Assembly (NCBI GenBank): GCA_023265175.1
Contig: JAHFUI010000005.1
Coordinates: 6,862-70,861, forward strand
Direction: 5' to 3'
From: Acidobacteriota bacterium
GTDB lineage: Bacteria > Acidobacteriota > Vicinamibacteria > Vicinamibacterales > CAVVIG01
Length of the DNA stretch: 64,000 bases
Position numbers and translations under genes: made by a program. Position 1 is the first letter of the stretch. Each line of letters starts with the position of its first letter. Below the pieces are notes generated by a model. That model was not told where the DNA came from. It searched no databases and saw only the letters and a list, made by a program, of their open reading frames with translations. Shown one piece after another: positions 33,450 through 43,189 of this stretch.

Positions 33450-35243
33450 CTAGGTTAGCTCCTTTGTGCCCTTGGGGCCTTCCTTCGCGTTCCTGCTCGC
33501 TGCCGGCGCCTTCGCTTTCGCCCTTTCGCTTTCGCCTTTCGATATAGATTCGCCTCTCCGGGCGGCCGTCGTGCCGATCGCGCCGCGGCCGAGAAGCATT
33601 TCCCGCGCCGAGGCGCGCAGGCCTTCGGTGATCGCCTCGCCGCCGAGCATGCGCGCGAGCTCATCGACGCGGCCTGCTTCGTCGAGCCTGCCGACGCGCG
33701 TCAGCGTTCGCCCGCCATCGACGCGCTTCTCGATGAGAAAATGCGCGTCGGCGTACGCGGCAACCTGGGGCAAGTGCGTGATGCAGAGGACCTGAAACGC
33801 AGATCCGAGCGCCCGAAGCTTCTGGCCGACCGACGCGGCGGCTCGCCCGCCGATTCCGGCATCGACTTCGTCGAACACCAACCCTGGCGTGGCGCCACTC
33901 GGCGGCCGGGTGTCTGCGTCGCTGAACCCATGCCGGCTGGTCGCGGTCAGCGTCTTGATCGCCAACATGATTCGCGACAGCTCCCCGCCCGAGACGATGC
34001 GCGCGAGCGGCCGGAGATCTTCGCCAGGATTCGGTGAGACGAAGAACTCTGCCGCGTCGACACCGCCCATCGTCCAGGCCGATTCAGGGAGCGGCTCGGT
34101 ATTGAAGCGTGCCTCGAACTTGGTCCGTTCCATCGCGAGATCGCCGAGAAGCCGCTCGATGCGCCGCGCAAAATCGGGGGCGGACGCCCTCCGCGCATCG
34201 GACAACCGTCGTGCGGCCTCCAGATACCGGCTGCGAGCCGCCTCGTGTTCGCGCTCCAGCTCGACGCGCCGTTCATCGCCGCAATCGAGATCGGCCAATT
34301 CCCTCCGCAGCCGGTCGCGGCGCGCAAGGAGGTCGGCCAGCGTCGGGCCGTATTTCCGCTTGAGACGTTCGAGCAGCGCCAGCCGTTCTTCGACCTGCTG
34401 CAGCCGTGCGGGCGATGCCTCGATCCCCTCGGCATAGCGGTGAAGAAAGAGCGCGAGATCTTCGAGTTGAGGCTTGATCGCGTCTCGCGCCTCGAGGTAC
34501 GGTTGAAACTGCGGATCGAGCGACGCCAGTTCCCCCACGCGGCGCCAGACGCCCCCGAGATGCGCCAGCACGGCTTCGTCGCTCTCGTAGAGCGCAGTGT
34601 ACCCCTCCGTGCAGAGCCGTTCGACGCGTTCCGCGTTGGCCAACACCTGGCGCGTTGCGGTCAATTCCTCGTCTTCGTCAGGCTTGAGAGCCGCCCGATC
34701 GAGCTCGGCCAACTGAAACGCGAGCAGTTCCTGCCTCGCATCACGATCCGCGGCGTCGCGACAGACGCGTCCGAGCTTCTCCGCCGACGCGCGCATCACC
34801 TCACATGCGGTCGCCACAGGTATTGTCAGGGGATCGAGGCCGGCGAAGGCGTCGAGGACCGCAAGGTGGGTTGACGGATCGAGCAGCGTGTGGTGCTCGT
34901 GCTGGCCGTGCAATTCGATCAGCCGCGCCGACAGGTCCTTGAGTGCTCCGGCGGTTGCCAGCTCGCCGTTGATGAACGCCCGGCTGCGGCCCTGCGCCGT
35001 CACTTCGCGGCGCACCAGGATCTCGCCCCCGCCGCTTTCGAAGATTGCTTCGATCGTTGCGGCGTCCTCGCCCGTCCGAACCAGGTCGCCCGACGCGCGG
35101 CCGCCCAGCAGGAGGCCGACCGCCTCGACAAGGATGGACTTGCCGGCTCCTGTTTCGCCGGTGAGCACGTTCAGGCCGGGGCCGAATTCGACCTCGACGG
35201 CGTCAATCACCGCGAGACGTTTGATGCTGAGGAACCGGAGCAT
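33450..35243 (-). CDS. recN: DNA repair protein RecN
   Basis: MLRFLSIKRLAVIDAVEVEFGPGLNVLTGETGAGKSILVEA with an SMC-like coiled coil. The Lys/Ala/Glu-rich C-terminal tail is encoded by repeat-like DNA. Confidence 0.9.
   Translation of the reverse strand: MLRFLSIKRLAVIDAVEVEFGPGLNVLTGETGAGKSILVEAVGLLLGGRASGDLVRTGEDAATIEAIFESGGGEILVRREVTAQGRSRAFINGELATAGALKDLSARLIELHGQHEHHTLLDPSTHLAVLDAFAGLDPLTIPVATACEVMRASAEKLGRVCRDAADRDARQELLAFQLAELDRAALKPDEDEELTATRQVLANAERVERLCTEGYTALYESDEAVLAHLGGVWRRVGELASLDPQFQPYLEARDAIKPQLEDLALFLHRYAEGIEASPARLQQVEERLALLERLKRKYGPTLADLLARRDRLRRELADLDCGDERRVELEREHEAARSRYLEAARRLSDARRASAPDFARRIERLLGDLAMERTKFEARFNTEPLPESAWTMGGVDAAEFFVSPNPGEDLRPLARIVSGGELSRIMLAIKTLTATSRHGFSDADTRPPSGATPGLVFDEVDAGIGGRAAASVGQKLRALGSAFQVLCITHLPQVAAYADAHFLIEKRVDGGRTLTRVGRLDEAGRVDELARMLGGEAITEGLRASAREMLLGRGAIGTTAARRGESISKGESERAKAKAPAASRNAKEGPKGTKELT
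33459..33541. repeat. Family-A-like arm plus CTTTCGC tandem units embedded in the recN 3' end
   Basis: CTCCTTTGTGCCCTTGGGGCCTTCCTTCG (33459-33487) resembles family A right arms. TTCGCTTTCGCCCTTTCGCTTTCGCCTTTCG (33511-33541) is a short-unit tandem. No partner arm is present. Confidence 0.55.
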
Positions 35244-35275
35244 GGAAGAGAGGGAACTCCAATCCTAACATAGGT

Positions 35276-35304
35276 TTGACAGCCGTTGCGCACCGTGATA
35301 CAGT
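35276..35304 (+). promoter_or_regulatory. Sigma-70-type promoter candidate for the tol-pal operon (TTGACA-N17-TACAGT with TGn)
   Basis: TTGACA at 35276-35281, a 17-nt spacer ending in TGA, and TACAGT at 35299-35304. It sits in the recN/tolQ divergent gap. Confidence 0.45.
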
Positions 35305-35437
35305 TCTGCGCACCCGGCGTGGACCCACCGTCCATCCGGTGGCGCTGTCCCAGCGGCGCACTCGCGATGCCTCGGAGGACCGTTTGCACACGCTTGGAAG
35401 CTTGGTCCTTGCCCTGCAGACGCAGGGTGGGCCTGGG

Positions 35438-36148
35438 GTGGAAAGCTCGTCTGGAGGGATCGTCGCTCGCGTCGCCGGATCGTCCTACATCGCCCAGAGC
35501 GTTCTCCTGATTCTCGTGATGCTCTCGATCGCATCCTGGGGCATCTTCCTCTACAAGTGGTGGACGTTTCGGCGCGCGGTCCGGCAGTCCGCACAGTTTC
35601 TCGACGTGTTTCGTCGCAGCAATAAGTTCTCGGAAGTGCAATCGGTCTGCCGGTCGCTCGAGGACAGCCCGCTCGTGGGTCTTTTCCAATCCGGTTACGC
35701 CGAGTTGACCGCCCAGCTCCGTCAAATCTCGCCGGACGTCGCCAACGGACCCAATCCAGCGGGGCCCGCCGCTCGTCCTACTCTCAAGAGCTTGACGGCG
35801 GTCGACCGGGCGCTGCTGCGCGCGTCGGTGGTCGAGGTGAACAAGTTGGAACATCGCGTCTCGTTTCTGGCGACCACGGCGAGCATCTCGCCGTTCATCG
35901 GCCTCTTCGGCACAGTCTGGGGAATCATGCTCGCCTTCGAAGGAATCGCCCGCACCGGATCGACCAATCTCGGAGCGGTCGCGCCGGGCATCGCCGAGGC
36001 GCTGATTACGACCGCGGCCGGTCTGGCGGCCGCCATCCCGGCGGTGCTCTTCTACAACTCCCTGACGCAGCGCGCGAAGCTGTTCGCGGCCGACATGGAC
36101 GACTTCTCGATGGAATTTCTCAACATCGCGGAACGCAACTTCACCTAA
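35438..36148 (+). CDS. tolQ: Tol-Pal system protein TolQ (MotA/TolQ/ExbB proton channel family)
   Basis: SYIAQSVLLILVMLSIASWGIFLYKWW...ISPFIGLFGTVWGIMLAFEGI...GIAEALITTAAGLAAAIPAVLFYN. The start is uncertain: GTG 35438, with TTG 35402 as an alternative. Confidence 0.8.
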   Translation: MESSSGGIVARVAGSSYIAQSVLLILVMLSIASWGIFLYKWWTFRRAVRQSAQFLDVFRRSNKFSEVQSVCRSLEDSPLVGLFQSGYAELTAQLRQISPDVANGPNPAGPAARPTLKSLTAVDRALLRASVVEVNKLEHRVSFLATTASISPFIGLFGTVWGIMLAFEGIARTGSTNLGAVAPGIAEALITTAAGLAAAIPAVLFYNSLTQRAKLFAADMDDFSMEFLNIAERNFT

Positions 36149-36610
36149 ATGGCGAAGCTCCATATGGCAGCCGATGCGAGCCTTCGACGCGCGGGACGCG
36201 GTCGCCGCGTCGCGAGCTCGCTCAGCGAGATCAACGTCGTGCCGCTGGTGGACGTGATGCTGGTGCTGCTCGTCATCTTCATGGTGACGGCGCCGATGAT
36301 TCAGCGCGGCATCGACGTGAATCTCCCGGCCGCGCGGCGCGCGGGTGCCGTGGTGGGGGAACGCGTCGAGGTCACGGTTCCACTCGAGTACCGGCAGACG
36401 CACATGGTGTACCTCGGCCGCGAGCGCATTCGCGCCGACGTTCTGCAGGAACGCGTGCGGCAGAAGATGGAAACGACGACGCAGAAGGACGTGTACTTGC
36501 GCGGCGACGGAGCCGTCCAGCTTCAGGAAGTCATCGAGATCACCGACAAGCTGAAGGACGCCGGCGTCGAACACGTCGCCTTCGTGACGAAGATGCCCGG
36601 GGAGCGATGA
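36149..36610 (+). CDS. tolR: Tol-Pal system protein TolR (ExbD/TolR family)
   Basis: LSEINVVPLVDVMLVLLVIFMVTAPM contains the conserved Asp-containing TM. The start abuts the tolQ stop. Confidence 0.8.
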   Translation: MAKLHMAADASLRRAGRGRRVASSLSEINVVPLVDVMLVLLVIFMVTAPMIQRGIDVNLPAARRAGAVVGERVEVTVPLEYRQTHMVYLGRERIRADVLQERVRQKMETTTQKDVYLRGDGAVQLQEVIEITDKLKDAGVEHVAFVTKMPGER

Positions 36611-36696
36611 GTGCCGAAGAAGCGAGCGCTTCCCCCTTTCACGCGAGGCCGAGAGTCGACGCTCGAGGCCGAGCGGACGCGTTAGATTGGCAGGCG

Positions 36697-36716
36697 CGTG
36701 GGGGTGGGGCCCCACG
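36697..36716. repeat. 20-nt G-rich palindromic motif CGTGGGGGTGGGGCCCCACG, copy 2
   Basis: Identical to 10613-10632, and sits 11 nt upstream of the tolA-like ATG. Confidence 0.8.
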
Positions 36717-36727
36717 CGAGGTAAGTA

Positions 36728-37513
36728 ATGGACGTCACTGACATCCTCCGCGATCGGATGCGCGAGCCCGCCGGGCTGCAGCGGATGGTCAGCGTGTCCC
36801 TCCTTCTGCACGGCATCTTGTTTGCCGGCCTGCTGCTCGCACCGCAGGGATTACTGAGACGTGCGAACGATACGCCACGCGCGATCATGACGATCACGCT
36901 GGGCGGCGGCGGAGCCGGTCCGTTGACCGGTGGGATGACGTCAGTTGGCGGACGTGCCGTCCAGGTACAGACGCCGCCGGAAGAAGCGCCGAAGCGTGAA
37001 GCGCCCCGCCCGCCCGCGGCGAAAACACCGGAAATGACGGTGCCGGCGCCGGGAGCCAAGACCGCGAAGGCGTCCGTGCCGGTCAAGCAGGCACCGGACG
37101 AAGCGCGCAGCCGGACGCCGACCCGCGGCGCCGACGCCCGATCGGGGAGCGCGATTGTCGAGACCGGGGCACGCGGGCTGGGCTTCGGGCTGGCGACCGG
37201 CGGCGGTCCCGGCGCCGGTTCCACGCTTGACGTGGCGAATTTCTGTTGCCCGCAATATCTCGTGGAGATGATTGAGACGATCCGCAGGAACTGGGTGCAA
37301 CAAGCGGAAGTTGCCGCGACGGTCATCGTGAAATTCACGATCGAACGTGACGGAACGTTGACGCAGATCACGACTGAAAAGCCCAGCGGGAATCCGCCGC
37401 TCGACAGCCAAGCGGAGCGCGCCGTCGTCCTCGCGAAGCGATTGCGGCCGCTGCCCCCGGAGTTTCCGAACCCCACGTTAACCGTGCATTTGAATTTCCA
37501 GTATCAACGATGA
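36728..37513 (+). CDS. TolA-like protein (N-terminal TM, Pro/Ala-rich spacer, TonB-family C-terminal domain)
   Basis: TM segment VSVSLLLHGILFAGLLL. C-terminal VIVKFTIERDGTLTQITTEKPSGNPPLDSQAERAV is TonB_C-like. Its position lies between tolR and tolB. Confidence 0.65.
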   Translation: MDVTDILRDRMREPAGLQRMVSVSLLLHGILFAGLLLAPQGLLRRANDTPRAIMTITLGGGGAGPLTGGMTSVGGRAVQVQTPPEEAPKREAPRPPAAKTPEMTVPAPGAKTAKASVPVKQAPDEARSRTPTRGADARSGSAIVETGARGLGFGLATGGGPGAGSTLDVANFCCPQYLVEMIETIRRNWVQQAEVAATVIVKFTIERDGTLTQITTEKPSGNPPLDSQAERAVVLAKRLRPLPPEFPNPTLTVHLNFQYQR

Positions 37514-38922
37514 CCGGAACCTTTCACACCATGTGCGCCGTCGGGGTTTCCGCAGGGCTCGCCGTCGTCGCGCTGTCGGCTCGGCCACAAACGCCCGCGC
37601 GACAACCGCCGGCCTCACAGCAGCCCGCTCCCCAGCAGCCGAGCGAGCTCAGTACCGTCATTACCGCCGACGCCGGCGCCCCGCCGCGCATGGCCGTGCC
37701 CGATTTCATTGTGCTGTCAAACGACGCGGAGACGGTGGCCATCGCGCAGGCCATCGCGCAGGTGCTCTACGACGACCTGAGCTTCGAGCGCGAGTTCGCG
37801 CTGATTCCGCGCGACACCTACGCGACGATTCCGGCGGCGAAGTCGTTCGAGGACGTCCCCTTCGCTCGATGGCACGAGTTGAACGCGGACGCCGTGCTCA
37901 TCGGGACCGTGCAAAAGACCGGTGCCGGCATTCTCGTGCAGGTTCGCCTGTTCGACGTGCGCCGGCCCGACGGCCACCCGCAGGCGTTCGGAAAGGAATA
38001 CTCCGGGTCCGCCGCGAACCCTCGCAGCTATGCGCACGCGATTTCCGACGAGATCCATGAAAAGCAGCGAGCGCTGCACGGCGTGGCCCGCACCAAGCTG
38101 ACGTTCGACACCGATCGCGACGGCGAACGGATGGGCGGCACCATCGAAAGTCGGAGCATCAAGGAGATCTACATCGCGGATTACGATGGCGCGAACCAGA
38201 GGCGCGTCACGACCGGACGGTCGTTGAGTATCAATCCCAGATGGTCACCCGACGCCCGGTCGATTGCGTACACCTCGTACCGCCGTCAGTTCCCCAATAT
38301 CTTCATCTCGAACATCTACCAGGGCACGCTCGAGGAGCTGACGAAGAATCCGCCGGCCGGGGAAAGTGTTCTGCCCGCATGGTCACCCGACGGGACGCAG
38401 CTCTGTTTCGCATCGACGCGAGATCACCCCGGTAACTTCGAGCTGTACGTCGTCAATCGTGACGGATCGAATCTGCGACGCCTGACGAATAGCTCGGGCG
38501 CCGACATCACGCCGACGTGGTCGCCGTCGGGGACCCGGATCGCCTTCACGTCGGATCGCACCGGTACCCCGCAGATCTACGAGATCGGGGTTGATGGTCT
38601 CGGGCTTCGGAAAGTGACGTCGGAGTCTTACGCTGATCGGCCGACGTGGTCGCCGGCGCCGTTCAACGAGATCGCGTTCGCGTCGCGCACCGGCCCGGGC
38701 CAGGACATCAAGGTGATGGACCTCGCCTCGGGTCACGTGCGCCAGCTCACGTTCGGCGAGGGCACCAACGAAAGCCCGGCCTGGTCACCGAACGGCCGCC
38801 ACCTCACGTTCACGTCGACGCGGTCCGGCAAGTCTCAGGTGTTCGTCATGGATCGATTTGGGAAGAACCTGAAGCAGATTACGAAGGACGGGAACAACTA
38901 CCAGCCCGACTGGTCGAAATGA
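37510..38922 (+). CDS. tolB: Tol-Pal system beta-propeller protein TolB
   Basis: Repeated PxWSPDG blades (PRWSPDARSIAY, PAWSPDGTQLCF, PTWSPSGTRIAF, PAWSPNGRHLTF). ATGA overlap with the tolA-like gene. Confidence 0.85.
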   Translation: MTGTFHTMCAVGVSAGLAVVALSARPQTPARQPPASQQPAPQQPSELSTVITADAGAPPRMAVPDFIVLSNDAETVAIAQAIAQVLYDDLSFEREFALIPRDTYATIPAAKSFEDVPFARWHELNADAVLIGTVQKTGAGILVQVRLFDVRRPDGHPQAFGKEYSGSAANPRSYAHAISDEIHEKQRALHGVARTKLTFDTDRDGERMGGTIESRSIKEIYIADYDGANQRRVTTGRSLSINPRWSPDARSIAYTSYRRQFPNIFISNIYQGTLEELTKNPPAGESVLPAWSPDGTQLCFASTRDHPGNFELYVVNRDGSNLRRLTNSSGADITPTWSPSGTRIAFTSDRTGTPQIYEIGVDGLGLRKVTSESYADRPTWSPAPFNEIAFASRTGPGQDIKVMDLASGHVRQLTFGEGTNESPAWSPNGRHLTFTSTRSGKSQVFVMDRFGKNLKQITKDGNNYQPDWSK

Positions 38923-38991
38923 GGGTTCTGGGACGTTAGCACTTTCGTTCGCACTGTCCGGCTGTGGCCGGACCTAGCATGGAGACACACG

Positions 38992-39582
38992 ATGGTGATG
39001 CGATCGGCGGTTGCGCGAACCGCGCTTGTTGTTCTGGTGTTGGTGGCAGCCGCGGCCTGCGGAAAGAAGACGCCGCCCGTGGCGCGGGCGGTGCCACCAC
39101 CACCACCACCGCCGCCGCCCGCCTCGACGGCGGTCCCACGCCCACCGGCCCCACCGACGCCGGTGGCCGAGCCGACGGTGGTGCCGCCCGAACCGGTGCG
39201 CGACGACAGCATCGCGTCCGCCTCGCTCGACGACATCAATCGCAATTCGCCGTTGAAGCCGGTGTTCTTCGAGTACGACAGCAGCGAGATCGCCGACGAC
39301 GCGCGGGGCGTGCTCGACGCCAACGCCGCGGGGCTGAAGAAGTACCCAGCCTGGACCGTGACCATTGAAGGCCACTGCGACGAGCGCGGAACCCCCGAGT
39401 ACAATCTGGCATTGGGCGAGCGCCGCGCCGTCGCCGCTCGCGCGTACCTGGTGTCGCTCGGCATCTCCGCCGATCGGCTCCGTACCGTGAGCTACGGCAA
39501 GGAATTTCCGTTCGAGCCGGGTCACGATGAAGCCGCGTACGCCAAGAACCGGCGCGCACACTTCGTCATCACCGCGAAATGA
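38992..39582 (+). CDS. pal: Peptidoglycan-associated lipoprotein Pal (OmpA family)
   Basis: Lipobox LVLVAAAAC and an OmpA_C domain: [10 protein letters not shown]...[22 protein letters not shown]...RTVSYGKE. Confidence 0.85.
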   Translation: MVMRSAVARTALVVLVLVAAAACGKKTPPVARAVPPPPPPPPPASTAVPRPPAPPTPVAEPTVVPPEPVRDDSIASASLDDINRNSPLKPVFFEYDSSEIADDARGVLDANAAGLKKYPAWTVTIEGHCDERGTPEYNLALGERRAVAARAYLVSLGISADRLRTVSYGKEFPFEPGHDEAAYAKNRRAHFVITAK

Positions 39583-39583
39583 G

Positions 39584-40477
39584 ATGGTTATGAAGCCGAC
39601 ACTCACCCGCGCGCTCATCGCGCTCGCACTCGCCGCCGCGATTGCGCGGCCGGCGGCCGCGGCCAACAAAGAGCATCAGCAGCTCATGGCGGATATCCGG
39701 ATGCTCCAGGAGCAGGCGCAGCAGCTGCAGAATCTCATCGGCTCGATGAACACGGCGCTCACCGAGGCGTTCAAAGCCGTCAACGCCCGGCTCGACGAGC
39801 AGACCAGCGGCACGCGCAAGTCGTTCGCCGATCAGAAGCTGGTCATCGACACGCTGTCGAGCGACCTTCGCGTCGTGCGCGAGAAGGTCGACGACAACAA
39901 CGTGCGGATTGGCTCGCTGTCGCAGGAAGTCGACGCCTTGCGGCAGGCGCTCCAGCAGCAGACAATCTCCCGGGCGACGTCCGAGTCGTCGCAAGCCACC
40001 TCCCCGGCAGCCGGCGGCCCTTTGTCCGATGCCCCCACCGGACCAACCGGCACGTCGGCGGCTGCGGCGCCTCTGCCAGTCGGCGTGTCGCCGCAGCGCA
40101 TGTTCGATGAGGCGCGCTCCGATTACACGTCCGGTCTGTACGATCTGGCCATCAAGGGCTTCGAGGCATATATCCGCAGTTTTCCAACATCGCCGGATGC
40201 CGACGATGCGCAGGTGTTCATCGGTCACGCGTACGCACAGCAGGGCAAGAACCAGCAAGCGGTGGACGCCTACGACAAGGCGATCCGCGCCTATCCGGCC
40301 GGCAACGCGATTCCCGAGGCGTACTACAAGAAAGGCGTCGCGCTGAAGGATCTCAAGCAGCTGGATCTCGCGCGCGAAGCCTTCGAGACCGTCGCGACCA
40401 AGTACCCCGACAGCGACGCGGGACGCCTCGCGAAGCAGGCGCTCATGCAGTTCAGTACGCCTCTGCGGAAACCTTGA
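39584..40477 (+). CDS. cpoB: Cell division coordinator CpoB/YbgF (coiled coil plus TPR)
   Basis: Signal peptide, an N-terminal coiled coil ([19 protein letters not shown]), and a C-terminal TPR-like region [32 protein letters not shown]. It is the last gene of the tol-pal cluster. ATG 39590 is an alternative start. Confidence 0.8.
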   Translation: MVMKPTLTRALIALALAAAIARPAAAANKEHQQLMADIRMLQEQAQQLQNLIGSMNTALTEAFKAVNARLDEQTSGTRKSFADQKLVIDTLSSDLRVVREKVDDNNVRIGSLSQEVDALRQALQQQTISRATSESSQATSPAAGGPLSDAPTGPTGTSAAAAPLPVGVSPQRMFDEARSDYTSGLYDLAIKGFEAYIRSFPTSPDADDAQVFIGHAYAQQGKNQQAVDAYDKAIRAYPAGNAIPEAYYKKGVALKDLKQLDLAREAFETVATKYPDSDAGRLAKQALMQFSTPLRKP

Positions 40478-40505
40478 CGCTCGCGACGATGTAGAATGTC
40501 TCCGT

Positions 40506-40943
40506 ATGGGAAGCGTCAACAAAGTGATTCTCGTCGGCAATCTCGGACGCGATGCCGAGTTGCGCTACACACCTGGCGGCGCCGCGGTGGCGACGATCAA
40601 CATGGCGACCACGGAAGTGTGGAACGACAAAGCGGGCCAACGGCAGGAAAAGACCGAATGGCACCGCGTCGTGTTGTGGGGCAAGTCCGCTGAGTCGCTC
40701 GCCGAATATCTCACCAAAGGCAGGCAGATCTACGTCGAGGGCCGTCTTCAGACGCGGCAGTGGGACGACAAGGACGGCAACAAGCGCTACACGACCGAGA
40801 TTCGCGGCGACCGGATCGTCTTACTCGGCGGCGGCGGCGGCCGAGGCGGAGCGGCGACCGATCGCGGCGACGCCGGTGCCGCTCACGCGCCAGGCCCGGA
40901 GGCGTCGGCCGCGCCGCTCACCGACGACGACATACCTTTCTAA
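40506..40943 (+). CDS. ssb: Single-stranded DNA-binding protein
   Basis: [35 protein letters not shown]...[11 protein letters not shown] fold, a Gly-rich linker, and the acidic tip DDDIPF. Confidence 0.95.
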   Translation: MGSVNKVILVGNLGRDAELRYTPGGAAVATINMATTEVWNDKAGQRQEKTEWHRVVLWGKSAESLAEYLTKGRQIYVEGRLQTRQWDDKDGNKRYTTEIRGDRIVLLGGGGGRGGAATDRGDAGAAHAPGPEASAAPLTDDDIPF

Positions 40944-41287
40944 CGTCCGTATCTGTCTTCCAGCCTCACCACGTCGTGAAGCTCCGGCGTCGACACCTCG
41001 AAGATGTCGCTGTCCTCGATGGCCGTCATCCTGTGGATGGTCTTCGGCGTGATGTGGACGCGCTCGCCGGGGTGCATTTCTCTCGTCACGCGGTTCGCAC
41101 CCTCCTGAATCTCGAACAGCAGACGCCCCGCGTGCAGGTAAATCGTCTCGTCCTTGATGTTGTGGTACTGCAGGCTCAACGCGTGGCCGGCGTTGACGTG
41201 GATCAGTTTTCCGACGTAGCGATCCGTCTTCGCCCAATGGAGCTCGTAGCCCCACGGCTTTTCCACGCGCGTCACATCGTCCGCCAT
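40940..41287 (-). CDS. Cupin domain protein (mannose-6-phosphate isomerase type II C-terminal-like)
   Basis: [43 protein letters not shown]...HRM matches cupin motifs 1 and 2. Confidence 0.7.
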   Translation of the reverse strand: MADDVTRVEKPWGYELHWAKTDRYVGKLIHVNAGHALSLQYHNIKDETIYLHAGRLLFEIQEGANRVTREMHPGERVHITPKTIHRMTAIEDSDIFEVSTPELHDVVRLEDRYGR

Positions 41288-41299
41288 CCGGGCTCCTCT

Positions 41300-41421
41300 A
41301 TTTGGTCATCTGGTTATTTGGTTATCTAATCATTGAAGGAACCCAATGACCAGATAACCAGACAACCAGATAACCAGATAACCAGATAACCAGATAACCA
41401 GATAATCAAATAACCAGATTC
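41300..41421. repeat. Family B octamer hairpin (TGGTTATN x4, loop, AACCAGAT x9-10)
   Basis: Read directly from the sequence. It fills the cupin-start / ptsI-stop gap and uses the same unit as 18793-18897. Confidence 0.9.
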
Positions 41422-41422
41422 A

Positions 41423-43189
41423 CTATTCCCCAGCGTGCGACAGCCGCGCGAGCGCGGAGAACAATTCGCGTTCGATCTCGTCGACGGTCGCCATCCGCAG
41501 AATCCGGCGCGCCATCGCCCGCAGCTCGCCGCTGTGCGCCTCGGCAAGTACCTGCTTCGCGATGGGAATCGCGCCCGGCGTCATGCTGAGCTCCCGCAAC
41601 CCCAGTCCCACGAGCAGCGCCAGCAGCGCCGGGTCTGACGCCATTTCGCCGCACAGCGACACCGGAATCCGGTGACGCGCGGCCGCTCTTCGCACCATCA
41701 CAATCATCCGGAGGATGGCCGGATGCAGCGGCTGGTACAGTCTCGACACGCGCTCGTCGGCGCGGTCGACGGCCAGGCAATACTGAATCAAGTCGTTTGT
41801 GCCGATGGTGAAGAAGTCGACCTCACGCGCGAGGAGGTCGGCCGTGTAGGCGGCGGCCGGCACCTCGATCATCACGCCGATTGGCACCGGTGGCACCGAT
41901 TCGCCGCGTCGCGCGAGCTCGGCGGCGGTCTCGGTCACGAGACGGCGCGCGTCGCGCACCTGCTCAACGCCCGACACGAACGGAAACATGATCCGCAGCG
42001 CACCGTGACCGGCGGCGCGGAGCAAGGCGCGCAATTGCACCTGAAACAGCTCGGGGCGCGAAAGGCTCAGGCGCAAGCCGCGCAGACCCTGCCGGCTGCC
42101 CCGATCTTCTTTCGCCGCCCACGCGCTGACGTCTCTGTTCGCCACGTATGACGCGAGCTGATCTTCGTCGACGTCGAACGTCCGAATCGTGACCGACCCG
42201 GGCGCCATGCCGGCGAGCATCCCCCGGTAGATCTCGTATTGCTGATCTTCGTCGGCGATGTCGCACGCGGCGCTCGTGAAGAGAAACTCGGATCGATACA
42301 GCCCGATGCCCTCGGCGCCGGCGTAACGCGCGGCGGCCAGATCGTCGGGAAACTCGATGTTCGCGTCGAGCCGCACGCGCACTCCGTCGGCCGTCGTCGC
42401 CGGCCGTCGCCGCTCCGCGTCCACGTTGACGGCCGGCCGTCGATCGTCGGCGTGACGCGCGACTCCCGCCAGCACTTCATCGCTCGGATCCACGATCAGC
42501 TCATTGCCGCTGCCATCGACCACCACCAGCTGCCCGGCTTCGATCGATCGGCTCGCGTTGTGCAATCCGACCACGGCCGGCACTTCGAGAGACCGCGCGA
42601 GAATCGCCGTGTGATACGTGCGGCTGCCGGCGTCGGTCGCGAAGCCGCGGACCTTGGTCCAATCGACCTGCGCCGCGAGCGAAGGCGTGAGCTCGTCGGC
42701 GATGAGCACCGACGATTCGTCGAGCTCGCGCAACAGGTCGCGCGGCGTCTCGAGACCCTGCCGGAGATTCATGTTCAGCCGGCCGACCAGATCGGCGATC
42801 TCGCCGCGCCGCTCTCGAAGATACGGATCGGCCACCTCATCGAACACCGCGCTGAGCTCGTGGAACACCTGCTGCACGGCCCATTCGGCGTTGACCCGTT
42901 GGTTGCGGATGATTTCGGCGGCACGAGGAATGACCATCGGGTCGTCGAGCATGAGGAACTGCGCGTCGAACAGCGAGGCCAGCTTGCGGCCGCGGCGCCG
43001 CGCCAGGCTCTCGCGGATGTCGGCCAGCTGCTGCCGCGAGCGGCTCCGGCTCTGCTCCAGACGTGAGATCTCATGCTCCATGCGTCCCGGCGGGATCTGA
43101 TAGCGAAGAACCTGCGCGCGCTGGATCATGATGACCGCGCGCCCGACGACGATGCCGGGAGACACGCCGATGCCGGTCAGGCGCCGCAT
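41423..43189 (-). CDS. ptsI: Phosphoenolpyruvate-protein phosphotransferase (PTS Enzyme I)
   Basis: MRRLTGIGVSPGIVVGRAVI, the active-site region DAGSRTYHTAILARSLEVPAVVG, and a C-terminal PEP-utilising TIM barrel (FFTIGTNDLIQY). Confidence 0.9.
   Translation of the reverse strand: MRRLTGIGVSPGIVVGRAVIMIQRAQVLRYQIPPGRMEHEISRLEQSRSRSRQQLADIRESLARRRGRKLASLFDAQFLMLDDPMVIPRAAEIIRNQRVNAEWAVQQVFHELSAVFDEVADPYLRERRGEIADLVGRLNMNLRQGLETPRDLLRELDESSVLIADELTPSLAAQVDWTKVRGFATDAGSRTYHTAILARSLEVPAVVGLHNASRSIEAGQLVVVDGSGNELIVDPSDEVLAGVARHADDRRPAVNVDAERRRPATTADGVRVRLDANIEFPDDLAAARYAGAEGIGLYRSEFLFTSAACDIADEDQQYEIYRGMLAGMAPGSVTIRTFDVDEDQLASYVANRDVSAWAAKEDRGSRQGLRGLRLSLSRPELFQVQLRALLRAAGHGALRIMFPFVSGVEQVRDARRLVTETAAELARRGESVPPVPIGVMIEVPAAAYTADLLAREVDFFTIGTNDLIQYCLAVDRADERVSRLYQPLHPAILRMIVMVRRAAARHRIPVSLCGEMASDPALLALLVGLGLRELSMTPGAIPIAKQVLAEAHSGELRAMARRILRMATVDEIERELFSALARLSHAGE

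Noticed and set aside
36607-36741. 44-codon ORF ATGA-coupled to tolR, considered as a small protein gene.
   Set aside because: Ala/Arg/Gly-rich with no hydrophobic or conserved pattern. It is most simply a by-product of the GC-rich gap. It is mentioned only as a possible coupling ORF.
40474-40497. ssb promoter (TTGACG ... TAGAAT).
   Set aside because: The spacer between the hexamers is only 12 nt, outside the functional 16-18 nt range, so it is not reported as a feature.
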